From an archaeon (lineage in GTDB: Archaea > Nanobdellota > Nanobdellia > Pacearchaeales > GW2011-AR1), in assembly GCA_038121585.1 (NCBI GenBank), contig JAYONY010000001.1:117940-181939 (forward strand): a stretch of 64,000 bases of DNA, written 5' to 3'. This document shows positions 15,891-24,898 of this stretch, in pieces (position 1 is the stretch's first letter; each line of letters begins with the position of its first letter). Position numbers and translations under genes: made by a program. The notes beneath the pieces are model-generated. The model did no database searches and was not told where the DNA came from. It saw nothing but the letters and a program-made list of their open reading frames with translations.

Positions 15891-16865
15891 CTATTTCTTC
15901 GCAAACGTTTCTGCTACGATGAGCGGAAAGATAATGGTTGCATCCCCCTGAACTTTGACTGATGGAATGTCTGGCTTGAGTTTACCCCATGAAATAGCTT
16001 CTTCAGGTAATGCTCCCGCGTCTGAACCGTCAAATTCTTGTGCGTTATTGATATACACAGCATAGTCTGCTCCATTACGATACAAGTGCGCGTTTAATAT
16101 CGCATGTTTTACGACTCCAGCCCCTAAAATTATTACGCCTGACTTTGTTAGGCCGGTTGTTGCATTATTGAGCTCTTGTGTTTCCCGCGCTATATCTAAC
16201 TTAAACTCAGGATGCTTGCTCATAAAGAAGTAGACCATGTCCCCTAGACTACCATCCAAAACACTTGGTGAGAACACCTTGATTTTGTTCTTATACGCCC
16301 AATAGTACACACTCGCAGGATTACCTATCTTCTCTCCGAGCTTCCAGATAAGTTCTGATGGCGTATGAATATGCCCTGTCTCCTTCTGCTCAGCTAGCAT
16401 TTCAGCTAAAAGAGGCATTATGAACTCCTCGAATTTGATGTAGTTATTATTTGGAGCATACAAGTTACCTATGCGATTAATCCCTTTTTCACGTAATTCC
16501 TTACCTGGAGCGCGAAAGTCGCCAATAACACAATCCCCAAGGCACTTAATGATATCTTCTTCAACCCCGCCACCCGAAGTAACAACGTAGGTGACGTGCT
16601 TGTGCTCTACCAACCACCGAAAGATTTCTCGCAAACCTGAACTTATCATATTTGAAGTGTACCCTAAAAAGATAGAAGCGTTTTCCTTGCGCATTTCCTG
16701 TATGATATCTGTCGCGCGAGCCATATGACTTGCTTGAAAACCGGTAGTAGCATAACTTGCTAAGATGTTGGAGTAATCTACACCCTCGTTAAAATCATAC
16801 CCTTTCACGACAGTGCCGACTACGTCTTCGCTTTTTTTGAGTATGATATTTTTTGGTTCTGCCAT
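15891..16865 (-). CDS. dys: Deoxyhypusine synthase
   Basis: Full-length match to the DHS family ('GYTSNMISSGLREIFRWLVEHKHV...VTSGGGVEEDIIKC', 'GAGVVKHAILNA'). Confidence 0.9.
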   Translation of the reverse strand: MAEPKNIILKKSEDVVGTVVKGYDFNEGVDYSNILASYATTGFQASHMARATDIIQEMRKENASIFLGYTSNMISSGLREIFRWLVEHKHVTYVVTSGGGVEEDIIKCLGDCVIGDFRAPGKELREKGINRIGNLYAPNNNYIKFEEFIMPLLAEMLAEQKETGHIHTPSELIWKLGEKIGNPASVYYWAYKNKIKVFSPSVLDGSLGDMVYFFMSKHPEFKLDIARETQELNNATTGLTKSGVIILGAGVVKHAILNAHLYRNGADYAVYINNAQEFDGSDAGALPEEAISWGKLKPDIPSVKVQGDATIIFPLIVAETFAKK

Positions 16866-16956
16866 GATACAAGCACTAAAAATCGACTTTTAAGCCTTTG
16901 CAATACATGTAGTCTACTTTCATAAGATTTATTAATATTCCAAAAAAGGTCTGTGT

Positions 16957-17571
16957 ATGCTCGCTAAAAAAATTGCATTTACAGTTATCCTTGTTGCGAC
17001 AATGGGTTTTGCTACATTCATGGCACTCCCCTCACAAGTCCCGCAAGATATTGATACTGCAACAATTACCCCTCGAGCAGAAGATGTTCCTGCAGAACAA
17101 GAATTTGTACCGTTAGCTGATGGAACTGAGGAAATACTCCCTATAGATACTGCTGCAAGCTCGTTTGAATTTGAAGGCTTTGCGTTTGATGGTAAAAAGT
17201 CTCATGTTGGAACCTTTGATGAATATGAAGGAACAGTCACCCTCGTTAATGGTCAAGTTGTGGGCATGGAAGGAACAGTTAATGCTGCTTCAGTCAACAC
17301 AGGTATTGATGGACTAGATTCTCATTTACAGAGTGATGATTTCTTTGATGTTGAGCGTTTTCCAGTTATTGCGTTCACCTCAACAGCAGTTACACAAGAT
17401 TCAATGACCGGTGATTTCACGATGCATGGCATTACTAACGAAATATCATTCCCAATTACTCGAGAAGAAAATAGTGTGAGTGCTCAGTTCTTACTTGATA
17501 CCACACCGTTTGAACTCAAATACACTGGCATTAACAAGGATGTAGCAGTTACGTTTGAATTTTCAGCGTAA
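16957..17571 (+). CDS. YceI-like domain protein, secreted/anchored
   Basis: N-terminal TM followed by 'SSFEFEGFAF...GTFDEYEGTV', 'VNTGIDGLDSHLQSDDFFDVERFPVIAF' and 'GDFTMHGITNEISF'. Confidence 0.75.
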   Translation: MLAKKIAFTVILVATMGFATFMALPSQVPQDIDTATITPRAEDVPAEQEFVPLADGTEEILPIDTAASSFEFEGFAFDGKKSHVGTFDEYEGTVTLVNGQVVGMEGTVNAASVNTGIDGLDSHLQSDDFFDVERFPVIAFTSTAVTQDSMTGDFTMHGITNEISFPITREENSVSAQFLLDTTPFELKYTGINKDVAVTFEFSA

Positions 17572-17629
17572 GACTAAGCATTAACATTTTCCTGACCAGA
17601 CTTATATACTATTTGTACGTTTTAACACT

Positions 17630-18154
17630 ATGAAAAGTTCCATTGCATTAGGGATCATACTACTTGTTCTTGGAAGCGGAGGATTCTGGTATTATTCTAC
17701 ATATAGCAATGAAACTAGTCAAACAGATATTCCAATTGAATTGGTTCCGGGAGCCCTTAGATCAGGACAATTTGAAGCAAGTGTGTCAGACCCCAATGCA
17801 AAAGTAATTGTTTTATTAGAAGATAACACCGCAGTTATTCAAAAAGGAAAAAAGTATAGATTTGATTTTATTATACGAAATACAGTCCCGACTTCTGAAA
17901 AAAGCATTTTTGAATATCAAATTGAGGCTGAGGAAACAACATGTGAGATGGATCTATCTCAAGCAGATACAATAATTACCTATGGACAAAGTGGCAGTAT
18001 AGGAGATATAGCGGGATCAGAGATGGATTCAAAACCAGTTATTTTGCATGCTCCCCACATAATGCCTACATGTACTATCAAGTATGTTCTAAATTCTCAA
18101 ATAGATGGTGCTATATATGATACAACATTCTTTATAGTCACAATTACAAACTAA
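17630..18154 (+). CDS. Hypothetical N-terminally anchored protein
   Basis: The signal/anchor is 'MKSSIALGIILLVLGSGGFWYY'. No motif recognised. Confidence 0.45.
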   Translation: MKSSIALGIILLVLGSGGFWYYSTYSNETSQTDIPIELVPGALRSGQFEASVSDPNAKVIVLLEDNTAVIQKGKKYRFDFIIRNTVPTSEKSIFEYQIEAEETTCEMDLSQADTIITYGQSGSIGDIAGSEMDSKPVILHAPHIMPTCTIKYVLNSQIDGAIYDTTFFIVTITN

Positions 18155-18157
18155 AAA

Positions 18158-19159
18158 CTACCACGTTTTTTTAGCATCAATTACTGCTAATACTTTTTCC
18201 TTCGCTTCCTCAAGCGTCATTCCTTCAAGTCGGAATGCTGCTGCTTGTGTGTGGCCTCCACCACCAAGCTCTTGAGCGAGGAGTGAAACGTCAATGTCTT
18301 TGCTCGTTCGAAATGAACCTTTAATATATCCTTCAAATTCTACGAGCGTAAAGACACAATCAGCCCCTTTAATATCACTTATTTGATAAATGCCTTGTCG
18401 TATTTCTGCCATGTTAACTCCGAAAGTTTGCACAATTTCAGTAGAAATACAACTATACGCTACTTTTCGTTGTTCATCAAAAACCGCGTTATTACCAACT
18501 GCTGCGAAAAACTGTTTTGTTCGCATGGGAATACTTAGGCGTATTGGCAAGACAATATCCTGCCCGTAGCGCGCTCCTTGTTGCATTAAATACGCTGCAT
18601 CAGTGAAGATTCGTTCAACTCGACCGGTGACAGTAAAGAATACTGAGTCAGTGCTTACTCCAGTCATAAGTCGAGTTGCGAGTTCCCCGTCAACAGGGAT
18701 ATTCCTATCTTGACAAAAGGCAGTAAGGATAGAGCATGCTGAAGGCGCATCACCATCTACATAGTTGAGATGCCCATACCGATTATTAGTAACATGATGA
18801 TCTATGTTGATAATAAAAATTGCATCTCGTGGGGCTACATATCCTGGCTTATACGTACCAATTCGCTCTTCTGAACCTGTATCAAGACAGACAAGTGCGT
18901 CATATGCTGCAAGGTCGATTTCAGCTATATCCTTATCAAACGTCACTTCTTTTGCTATTGCAAGTTCTGCAAGTTCTGAAGCGAGCGGGTCTTTACTAAT
19001 CACTGTTACGTTTGCATCAGTGTTTTGTTCGAGCAAATACTTCATTGCAGTACAACTTCCCAAGCTATCTCCATCAGGACCTGCATGTAAACTCATCAGC
19101 ACGTTCTTACTAGATTTGAGTTTTTCCCATATTGTTTCAAAGGTATCGTTTTGTGTCAT
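18158..19159 (-). CDS. DHH/DHHA1 phosphoesterase (NrnA-like nanoRNase/pAp phosphatase family)
   Basis: 'HAGPDGDSLGS', 'NIDHHVTN' and 'GGGHTQAAAF'. The ATG at 19159 is preferred over the ORF-track start at 19207. Confidence 0.75.
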   Translation of the reverse strand: MTQNDTFETIWEKLKSSKNVLMSLHAGPDGDSLGSCTAMKYLLEQNTDANVTVISKDPLASELAELAIAKEVTFDKDIAEIDLAAYDALVCLDTGSEERIGTYKPGYVAPRDAIFIINIDHHVTNNRYGHLNYVDGDAPSACSILTAFCQDRNIPVDGELATRLMTGVSTDSVFFTVTGRVERIFTDAAYLMQQGARYGQDIVLPIRLSIPMRTKQFFAAVGNNAVFDEQRKVAYSCISTEIVQTFGVNMAEIRQGIYQISDIKGADCVFTLVEFEGYIKGSFRTSKDIDVSLLAQELGGGGHTQAAAFRLEGMTLEEAKEKVLAVIDAKKTW

Positions 19160-19161
19160 CG

Positions 19162-19830
19162 TTATAGTTTCTGTAAAATCTCTGCTTGTAAACCTTTCGC
19201 AGCACAAAGCTCTACAAAGCGTTCTGCGTCTTCTCGAGTGCCAGCTACACCTGCTCCAAAGTGCATGGGTATTGCTAGATCGGGAGATAATAGCGACGCC
19301 GCGTCAGCTGCTTCTTCCGCATCCATTACGTACGTTCCTGAGACTGGCATGAGCGCTACAAATTGCCTTCCATGCTTTCCATGACCAGTGAGTTTTTGCA
19401 TTTCAGGTATAAAATCAGTATCTCCAGCATGGTACACAATTACATCCCCGAGTTTTAGCACGTACCCTACCCATCCTTCGCTTTTCGGGTGAAACTCTTT
19501 ATTTATGTTATACGCAGCCACAGCCTCTATTTTTACCCCTGATACTTCTAGCTTATCACCTACTTCTACAACTTCCATAGTGATGTCTTTTAGCTTCATG
19601 ACTTTACTTTGACAATCAGCAGTCATAATCACTTTAGTGCCTGCTTTGGCGACTTTTTCTATGTCTTTGATACTACAATGATCATAATGAGAGTGAGTTA
19701 GAAGGATAATATCTGCTTTTCGAGGAGTTTGGGATATATTGTACGGGTCAATAATGATTGTTCGTTTACTATCTCGTATTGCAAATCCAGCATGCCCTAA
19801 AAAGTCTAGTTGAACTTTTCCGAGTTCCAT
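19162..19830 (-). CDS. Metallo-beta-lactamase-fold hydrolase (UPF0173-like)
   Basis: 'ILLTHSHYDHCS' (HxHxDH motif). Its stop is 2 nt before the DHH gene start. Confidence 0.75.
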   Translation of the reverse strand: MELGKVQLDFLGHAGFAIRDSKRTIIIDPYNISQTPRKADIILLTHSHYDHCSIKDIEKVAKAGTKVIMTADCQSKVMKLKDITMEVVEVGDKLEVSGVKIEAVAAYNINKEFHPKSEGWVGYVLKLGDVIVYHAGDTDFIPEMQKLTGHGKHGRQFVALMPVSGTYVMDAEEAADAASLLSPDLAIPMHFGAGVAGTREDAERFVELCAAKGLQAEILQKL

Positions 19831-19869
19831 GCTGTTATCCCCTTTTCTAAATATATAAAAGTAGTGTGT

Positions 19870-21177
19870 CTAGAGTGCTTCTATTGCGGTAGCAATAGCT
19901 AACATTTTAGCGTCGTCCTTATGAGCACACATTACTTGCATGCCCACTGGTTTGCCATCAAGCTCTCCAATTGGTATAGAAGTGCTACAGATACGTCCGA
20001 GGTTTGCTGGTTCGACAAGCGCATCAAGCGCATAGAGTTCCTCAGTCGATTTTTTCTCACCTAGTTTCCAAGGCAATACTGGAACGGTTGGAAGCATAAT
20101 ACAATCAACTTTTGCAAAGAGCTCCCTAAATTCATCTTCTATTGCTTTTCGTACTGCAAGGGCCTTATCATAATATTGTCCGCGAAATTCTGAATGAGCT
20201 ATTTCACTCCCTCCAATAATTCTACGTAGCACTTCAGGACCGCAAGAATCCTCTATTTTTTTCCCGTATTTACGCCCATCAAATCGTCGTGTTGCTGAAA
20301 AAAACTCTGTCCAACATAAGACGTGGTATGCTTGGAGGGATAAATCAATGTGGTTGAGTTCTACTTCTGCTTGTTCCCATCCATAGTTGTCAAGTGCTCG
20401 TCCAATTGTAGTGTCGATAAGCCCTTGTACGTCTGAGTCAACGTCTTTAACTCGTAAAACTCCGACTTTGAGTTTTTTCGGGAGCTGCTCAGATAATCCT
20501 TCTGAAATGTATGTCATAGTATCGTTATCGTCTTGTCCACGGATAACGTCGAGTACTGCCTGTGCGTCAGCAACATTTTTTGCTAAAGGACCAATTTGAT
20601 CTAGACTCATGCTTAAGTCAATAAGCCCATGACGACTTACGAGCCCATAGGAAGGCTTTACACCGACTACACCACAAAATGATGCGGGAACGCGTATACT
20701 TCCACCAGTGTCTGAGCCCAGAGCAACATCACAAAATCCTGCTGCGACGGCTGCTGCTGAACCAGAACTTGACCCCCCAGCAATGTGTCCAGGTACGGCA
20801 GGATTGACTGCTGGACCAAAGGCGCTATTTTCACCGGTTGTACCTGCCGCGAATTCATCACAGTTAAGCATGCCAATAATCACTGCGTCTGCGGCCTTGA
20901 GTTTTGCAATAACAGTTGCATCATATGTGCTCACGTAATTTGCGAGTGTTTGCGAAGCGCATGAAGCTGTAAGTCCAGTTACATTGATATTACTTTTAAC
21001 ACCAATTACTTTCCCATATAAGGGCCCATGCGTTTTTTTTGCATCTATGGTGCGTGCTTCTGACAATGCATGAGGGTTAACTTGTAGTACTGCGTTAATG
21101 CTATCATTATCTTGGTTTATCGCTGCAAGACATTCCTTAACTCGATTCTCTGCTGTTCCCATTACTTCACTAGCCAA
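19870..21177 (-). CDS. gatA: Asp/Glu-tRNA amidotransferase subunit A (amidase-signature family)
   Basis: Amidase signature 'GGSSSGSAAAVAAGFCDVALGSDTGGSIRVPASFCG'. The length and the 'DQIGPLAKNVADA' segment fit GatA. Confidence 0.75.
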   Translation of the reverse strand: MASEVMGTAENRVKECLAAINQDNDSINAVLQVNPHALSEARTIDAKKTHGPLYGKVIGVKSNINVTGLTASCASQTLANYVSTYDATVIAKLKAADAVIIGMLNCDEFAAGTTGENSAFGPAVNPAVPGHIAGGSSSGSAAAVAAGFCDVALGSDTGGSIRVPASFCGVVGVKPSYGLVSRHGLIDLSMSLDQIGPLAKNVADAQAVLDVIRGQDDNDTMTYISEGLSEQLPKKLKVGVLRVKDVDSDVQGLIDTTIGRALDNYGWEQAEVELNHIDLSLQAYHVLCWTEFFSATRRFDGRKYGKKIEDSCGPEVLRRIIGGSEIAHSEFRGQYYDKALAVRKAIEDEFRELFAKVDCIMLPTVPVLPWKLGEKKSTEELYALDALVEPANLGRICSTSIPIGELDGKPVGMQVMCAHKDDAKMLAIATAIEAL

Positions 21178-21195
21178 TAAGAGCTTATTAAAGAT

Positions 21196-21612
21196 TTAGG
21201 ATACACGGCCAAAGCCAGGATTATCACGAGCGTGCTCTAAAGGAGATACTACTGCATGTTCTAAAAAAGCCCCATAGTGAGTAATAATTTCAGAGGGTAT
21301 TGAAAAAACTGCATCATAATCATGTCGTTCCTCTTGTTCAACATCATCCCCCATGTAAGAGAAGACAATTCTTCGTTCACCATAAGGATGTAGTACTCGA
21401 GCACGTCGAATTAAATCTCTAAGAATCCTATTTGAAAAATCAAATTCATCCCTCGCATTCGCATACGTTACCAATGTCGTATGCTCTTCAGGAATTAATA
21501 ATTCATCTGGCTTTTCATAACGCAATCGATTAACATACGCCCCTACCCTACCATCAACATTTGGCATTTGTCCGCATAAAACTATCTCGCAAATAGAGTT
21601 GTCATCGCCCAT
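21196..21612 (-). CDS. Hypothetical protein
   Basis: ORF-track ORF 21196-21762 would overlap the HIT gene start. The ATG at 21612 lies about 26 nt from a central A/T box. No motif recognised. Confidence 0.4.
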   Translation of the reverse strand: MGDDNSICEIVLCGQMPNVDGRVGAYVNRLRYEKPDELLIPEEHTTLVTYANARDEFDFSNRILRDLIRRARVLHPYGERRIVFSYMGDDVEQEERHDYDAVFSIPSEIITHYGAFLEHAVVSPLEHARDNPGFGRVS

Positions 21613-21633
21613 TTTAACAGCATACAAAGAAGG

Positions 21634-21645
21634 ATTAATAAATAC
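21634..21645. promoter_or_regulatory. Single central A/T box (ATTAATAAATAC) shared by divergent genes
   Basis: The box is centred in a 51-nt divergent intergenic region (21613-21663). This is the same geometry as 6581-6631. Confidence 0.4.
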
Positions 21646-21663
21646 AGTGATGCTCAAGTTGCT

Positions 21664-22125
21664 ATGGATCATAAACATTGTGTTTTTTGCAATTTTGTTA
21701 CCGGGCGAAAAAAAGAGCATAAGAACGGATTTCCATTCATGAAATTGCATGAGACTAAGCATAGCCTATCATTTCTTTCAATTGATTTTCCTACAACGGA
21801 AGATGGTCACACGTTAGTCATTCCAAAAAAGCATTACAAGAATGTTGAGGATATTCCAAAAACTATCATGAACGATGTTGCAGCCCACATGCAACTTGTA
21901 GCTCGAGCAATTAAGACAAAAAATAGCGCTTGTAATATTTTACTTAATGATGGTAAAGCAGCCGATCAAACAATTTGGCACGCTCACTTTCACCTAGTTC
22001 CTAGAAACAAAGGCGATGGCATTGTTATGGAAGGTTGGAAACGTAAGAAAATGTCACCTAAACAGTTCAAGACAATGTATAACGAAGTTAGAAATGCTGT
22101 TGATAGTGTTAAAACTCAATCTTAG
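21664..22125 (+). CDS. HIT family (histidine triad) nucleotide hydrolase/transferase
   Basis: 'CVFCNFV' and the histidine triad 'HAHFHLVP'. Confidence 0.85.
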   Translation: MDHKHCVFCNFVTGRKKEHKNGFPFMKLHETKHSLSFLSIDFPTTEDGHTLVIPKKHYKNVEDIPKTIMNDVAAHMQLVARAIKTKNSACNILLNDGKAADQTIWHAHFHLVPRNKGDGIVMEGWKRKKMSPKQFKTMYNEVRNAVDSVKTQS

Positions 22126-22378
22126 TAATCTCTACTTCTTCATACATGATTTCTTTGAGAACGTAGAACTGAATACTATCTTCTATTCTATCAGCAAAAT
22201 ACCGAAGTTGATAATCATGATCACTTTTAGGGTCAAATAATTCGATAGCCATCTCTTTCGTATTCCCGTGGTCAATAAGCACCATGTGCGCGTCGACTTC
22301 ATATGCCTTACCGTCAACTTTGATAATATCGCCTTTCTTGAGCGTTTTGAGTTTTTCCAGACCCTTGATTGTTACCAT
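22109..22378 (-). CDS. Hypothetical 89-aa protein downstream of the RelE-type module
   Basis: AGGAG lies 4 nt upstream of the ATG. The gene is 24 nt after the relE-like stop on the same strand. No motif recognised. Confidence 0.4.
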   Translation of the reverse strand: MVTIKGLEKLKTLKKGDIIKVDGKAYEVDAHMVLIDHGNTKEMAIELFDPKSDHDYQLRYFADRIEDSIQFYVLKEIMYEEVEITKIEF

Positions 22379-22402
22379 ACTGCTCCTAGTTCTGATGCGT
22401 TT

Positions 22403-22660
22403 TTAAGATTTCCGATACGCACGTTTTCGATGTTCTATCTCAAGCACTAAGATTACTAATTTCCCACTGTCTATCGTATATAATACTCGAAATTTTCCTA
22501 TCCTAAGACTCCACATTCCAGATAATTCTGATCCCAGAGGTTTTCCGAGTTGTGGATTGTGTTGTAATTGTTCTATTTTTTCAACAACTCGTTTTTGAAT
22601 TGAACGATCTAATTTTCGAAATGCTTTTTCTGCGGGTGATTCAAATAGAATTGTATACAT
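22403..22660 (-). CDS. RelE/ParE-family type II toxin
   Basis: 'PAEKAFRKLDRSIQKRVVEKIEQLQHNPQLGKPL...WSLRIGKFRVLYTIDSGKLVILVLEIEHRKRAY' is a typical RelE/StbE sequence. Confidence 0.8.
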   Translation of the reverse strand: MYTILFESPAEKAFRKLDRSIQKRVVEKIEQLQHNPQLGKPLGSELSGMWSLRIGKFRVLYTIDSGKLVILVLEIEHRKRAYRKS

Positions 22661-22918
22661 CTAAAGGTTCAATTCTTTCTTTAGTTCTTCGAGCGTTATA
22701 TATTCCCCTCGGCGATATTCTTCAAGCCCTTGTGCTATCGCACGCATTGTTTGAGGATTCGATAACACTTCTATTGTTTCAATCAAGCTTTCTTTGTCTC
22801 CAGCACCATAGACATCGATTAAACGTTCAAGTAGCTCATTGTAGGTTTCCCTATTGTGGACTTTCAGCTTATCGAGTTGTTTTTTTACCTTTTCATCAAC
22901 TTGGATCGTTGTTACCAT
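22661..22918 (-). CDS. Cognate antitoxin (RelB/Phd-like)
   Basis: An 85-aa ORF whose stop directly abuts the toxin ATG (TAGATG). The C-terminal 'SNPQTMRAIAQGLEEYRRGEYITLEELKKEL' is typical of archaeal RelE partners. An A/T box lies about 25 nt upstream. Confidence 0.65.
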   Translation of the reverse strand: MVTTIQVDEKVKKQLDKLKVHNRETYNELLERLIDVYGAGDKESLIETIEVLSNPQTMRAIAQGLEEYRRGEYITLEELKKELNL

Positions 22919-22973
22919 AGTTAACTATAGCAGCCCATAGTTTATAAATATTCCTTTCAGACTAGAAACCGTT

Positions 22974-23210
22974 TCACCAGTTGCCTTTCTCTGCAATAAT
23001 TCCTGTTTGCGAAGTTTTAGGTGCGTTCGCAAAAAAGCGCTTGCGAAATGCGTCGTCACCCTGTGTACCCTCTGCTACCTCTCGAAACCCACCAGACATT
23101 TTTGGATCATGCGAGGTATCAGTTTTTTCACTACCAAATACTTCAAGATCCTTTCCAAACCGCTTGAGAATATGTTTTACTTCTTTGTGAATTGCATCTG
23201 TTTCTTTCAT
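22974..23210 (-). CDS. gatC: Probable Asp/Glu-tRNA amidotransferase subunit C
   Basis: A 78-aa protein. 'TDTSHDPKMSGGFRE' and 'FFANAPKTSQTG' parallel the GatC 'PTSH...FRED...KNAP..dG' pattern. This rests on motifs only. Confidence 0.5.
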   Translation of the reverse strand: MKETDAIHKEVKHILKRFGKDLEVFGSEKTDTSHDPKMSGGFREVAEGTQGDDAFRKRFFANAPKTSQTGIIAEKGNW

Positions 23211-23287
23211 GATAATCATCCTCGTTAATGATTAATAAATTTGACGTATTTCAAACAGTTTATATAAACAATCAATATTACCTCATT

Positions 23288-24004
23288 ATGGAAACAAAGA
23301 CACAATATCGACGTTTAGTAGACAAGAAAACAGCTAAAGATTTTCAGGATTCATTAGAAAAAGCAATTTCTCAGAAGAAACCAAAGAACATAGGATTTAT
23401 TGGTTTAGTGCATGATTATGATAAAAAAGACCACCATGATATTGACGTATTACTTTTTCCAAGCCCAAACGCAAAAATTGGAGAAGCCCTCATCGAAATA
23501 ACTGAATTGTATGATCAAGTCGAAAAAGACCTACAGAAAAAGAATAAGCGCTACTATCTTGTAACATGCCCACTTCTTACCATGCAGCAGATGGTGTACT
23601 ATCTTGCAAGTATTCAAGAAGGTTCTGCTGGGATGATTCCAATTCACTCACTCTTCTTCCCTGATTATAAGAGTTTTAAAGAAAGACCTCCTAAACGTTT
23701 TGAAACAGCAATAAAAAAGAATCTTGTTCCAATTTTTGGAGAATATGATGTTTTCAAAAAATTAAAGAATGACATTCCTCAGGAAATGCTCGAACCTTAT
23801 TTTTTCATTCTTAATTTTGAATTAAGCGCAAGAATAAAGACGTTTCCGAGACATAACGTTAGAGCATCTGCAGAGCATCTTTTTGAGTACTTACGCTCAA
23901 AATATAATTTACAGATTACTAGCGAAACCCCGCATAGCATTAAAGATATCAAAAAAGAATTCATTAAACTGATGAAAAAACTCGACGGCATAACTTATGC
24001 TTAA
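23288..24004 (+). CDS. Hypothetical protein, possible nucleotidyltransferase fold
   Basis: 'IGFIGLVHDYDKKDHHDIDVLLFP' resembles the G[SG]...DxD NTase motif. The start at 23288 is chosen because TTTATATAAA (23259-23268) precedes it. The ORF-track start at 23228 would sit 8 nt from the ORF-track start of divergent gatC (23219). Confidence 0.35.
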   Translation: METKTQYRRLVDKKTAKDFQDSLEKAISQKKPKNIGFIGLVHDYDKKDHHDIDVLLFPSPNAKIGEALIEITELYDQVEKDLQKKNKRYYLVTCPLLTMQQMVYYLASIQEGSAGMIPIHSLFFPDYKSFKERPPKRFETAIKKNLVPIFGEYDVFKKLKNDIPQEMLEPYFFILNFELSARIKTFPRHNVRASAEHLFEYLRSKYNLQITSETPHSIKDIKKEFIKLMKKLDGITYA

Positions 24005-24867
24005 CATGTAACAAACCTAACTTTTGGCTTACCCTTGCGTGTTGTAGGCATCTCTATTATCGCTGCCTCTCCCTCATGCACTGCTCCAGGATTAATACAT
24101 AAGGTCTTGCCAAGCAACTGTTTTCCTCGCCCTTCATGAATATGCCCTCCAATATGCACGATTGGTTGGTGCTTATCAATCAGTCTTCGAAACATTTTCG
24201 AACCATAATGTTTCCCACGAACTCGTTCATGAGCGTGGTTACCAATTTTGTCTAAATTGGTATTATAAGGCACATTGTGTGTTAGGAAAATAAGTTTTCG
24301 GTTTTTGTTTTCTTTTCTAAACTTTGCAAAGAGTGTTTCAAGTTTTGCACGATATTTCTTGTACCCTTTACTTTTCACATGTCCAGGGAACGAATGCCCT
24401 CGAGCCCCAACAAAAATATATCCTAATAATTTTTTAGAACGATAATCAATTCGTGAAATGTTCTTGTATTTTTTCACAACCTTAACAATTTCTGTCCGAT
24501 AATCATCAGCCCATTTCCAATAGTTTTTACTTTTAGCATCTGAATCCCTGTCAGTTATATCACTCGGATCTGGATAATCAACATTTCCAAGGACGGTAAT
24601 AACAGGTACTGGTAAAGCATTCATTTTCTTAAACACTGACTCACCCCTACGTAAGTCTTCCTTGAGTAGTTCCTTATACTTTTTCTTGCCAATAACTTCC
24701 CATAGCCCAACGTCAGTATCATAGCAGTGTTTAAACCAAAGTTTACGATAATGAAATGGTAAATAATCCCCATTACTCAGTACAATATCTATCTTCTCTT
24801 TTTTAATAAGTCGCTCCCATTTTTTTGGAAATGACCCGTGAAAATCGCCTATCGCTAGTATCTTCAT
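24001..24867 (-). CDS. Calcineurin-like metallophosphoesterase
   Basis: 'ILAIGDFHG', 'GDY', 'LTHNVP' and 'GGHIHEG'. Confidence 0.8.
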   Translation of the reverse strand: MKILAIGDFHGSFPKKWERLIKKEKIDIVLSNGDYLPFHYRKLWFKHCYDTDVGLWEVIGKKKYKELLKEDLRRGESVFKKMNALPVPVITVLGNVDYPDPSDITDRDSDAKSKNYWKWADDYRTEIVKVVKKYKNISRIDYRSKKLLGYIFVGARGHSFPGHVKSKGYKKYRAKLETLFAKFRKENKNRKLIFLTHNVPYNTNLDKIGNHAHERVRGKHYGSKMFRRLIDKHQPIVHIGGHIHEGRGKQLLGKTLCINPGAVHEGEAAIIEMPTTRKGKPKVRFVTC

Positions 24868-24898
24868 ATGAAGAATTAAGAAAGTCTTTTATTAAAAG

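Noticed and set aside
18804-19384. Plus-strand ORFs (182 aa and 77 aa) over the DHH and MBL genes.
   Set aside because: They are antisense to two genes with clear catalytic motifs, and they have no start context.
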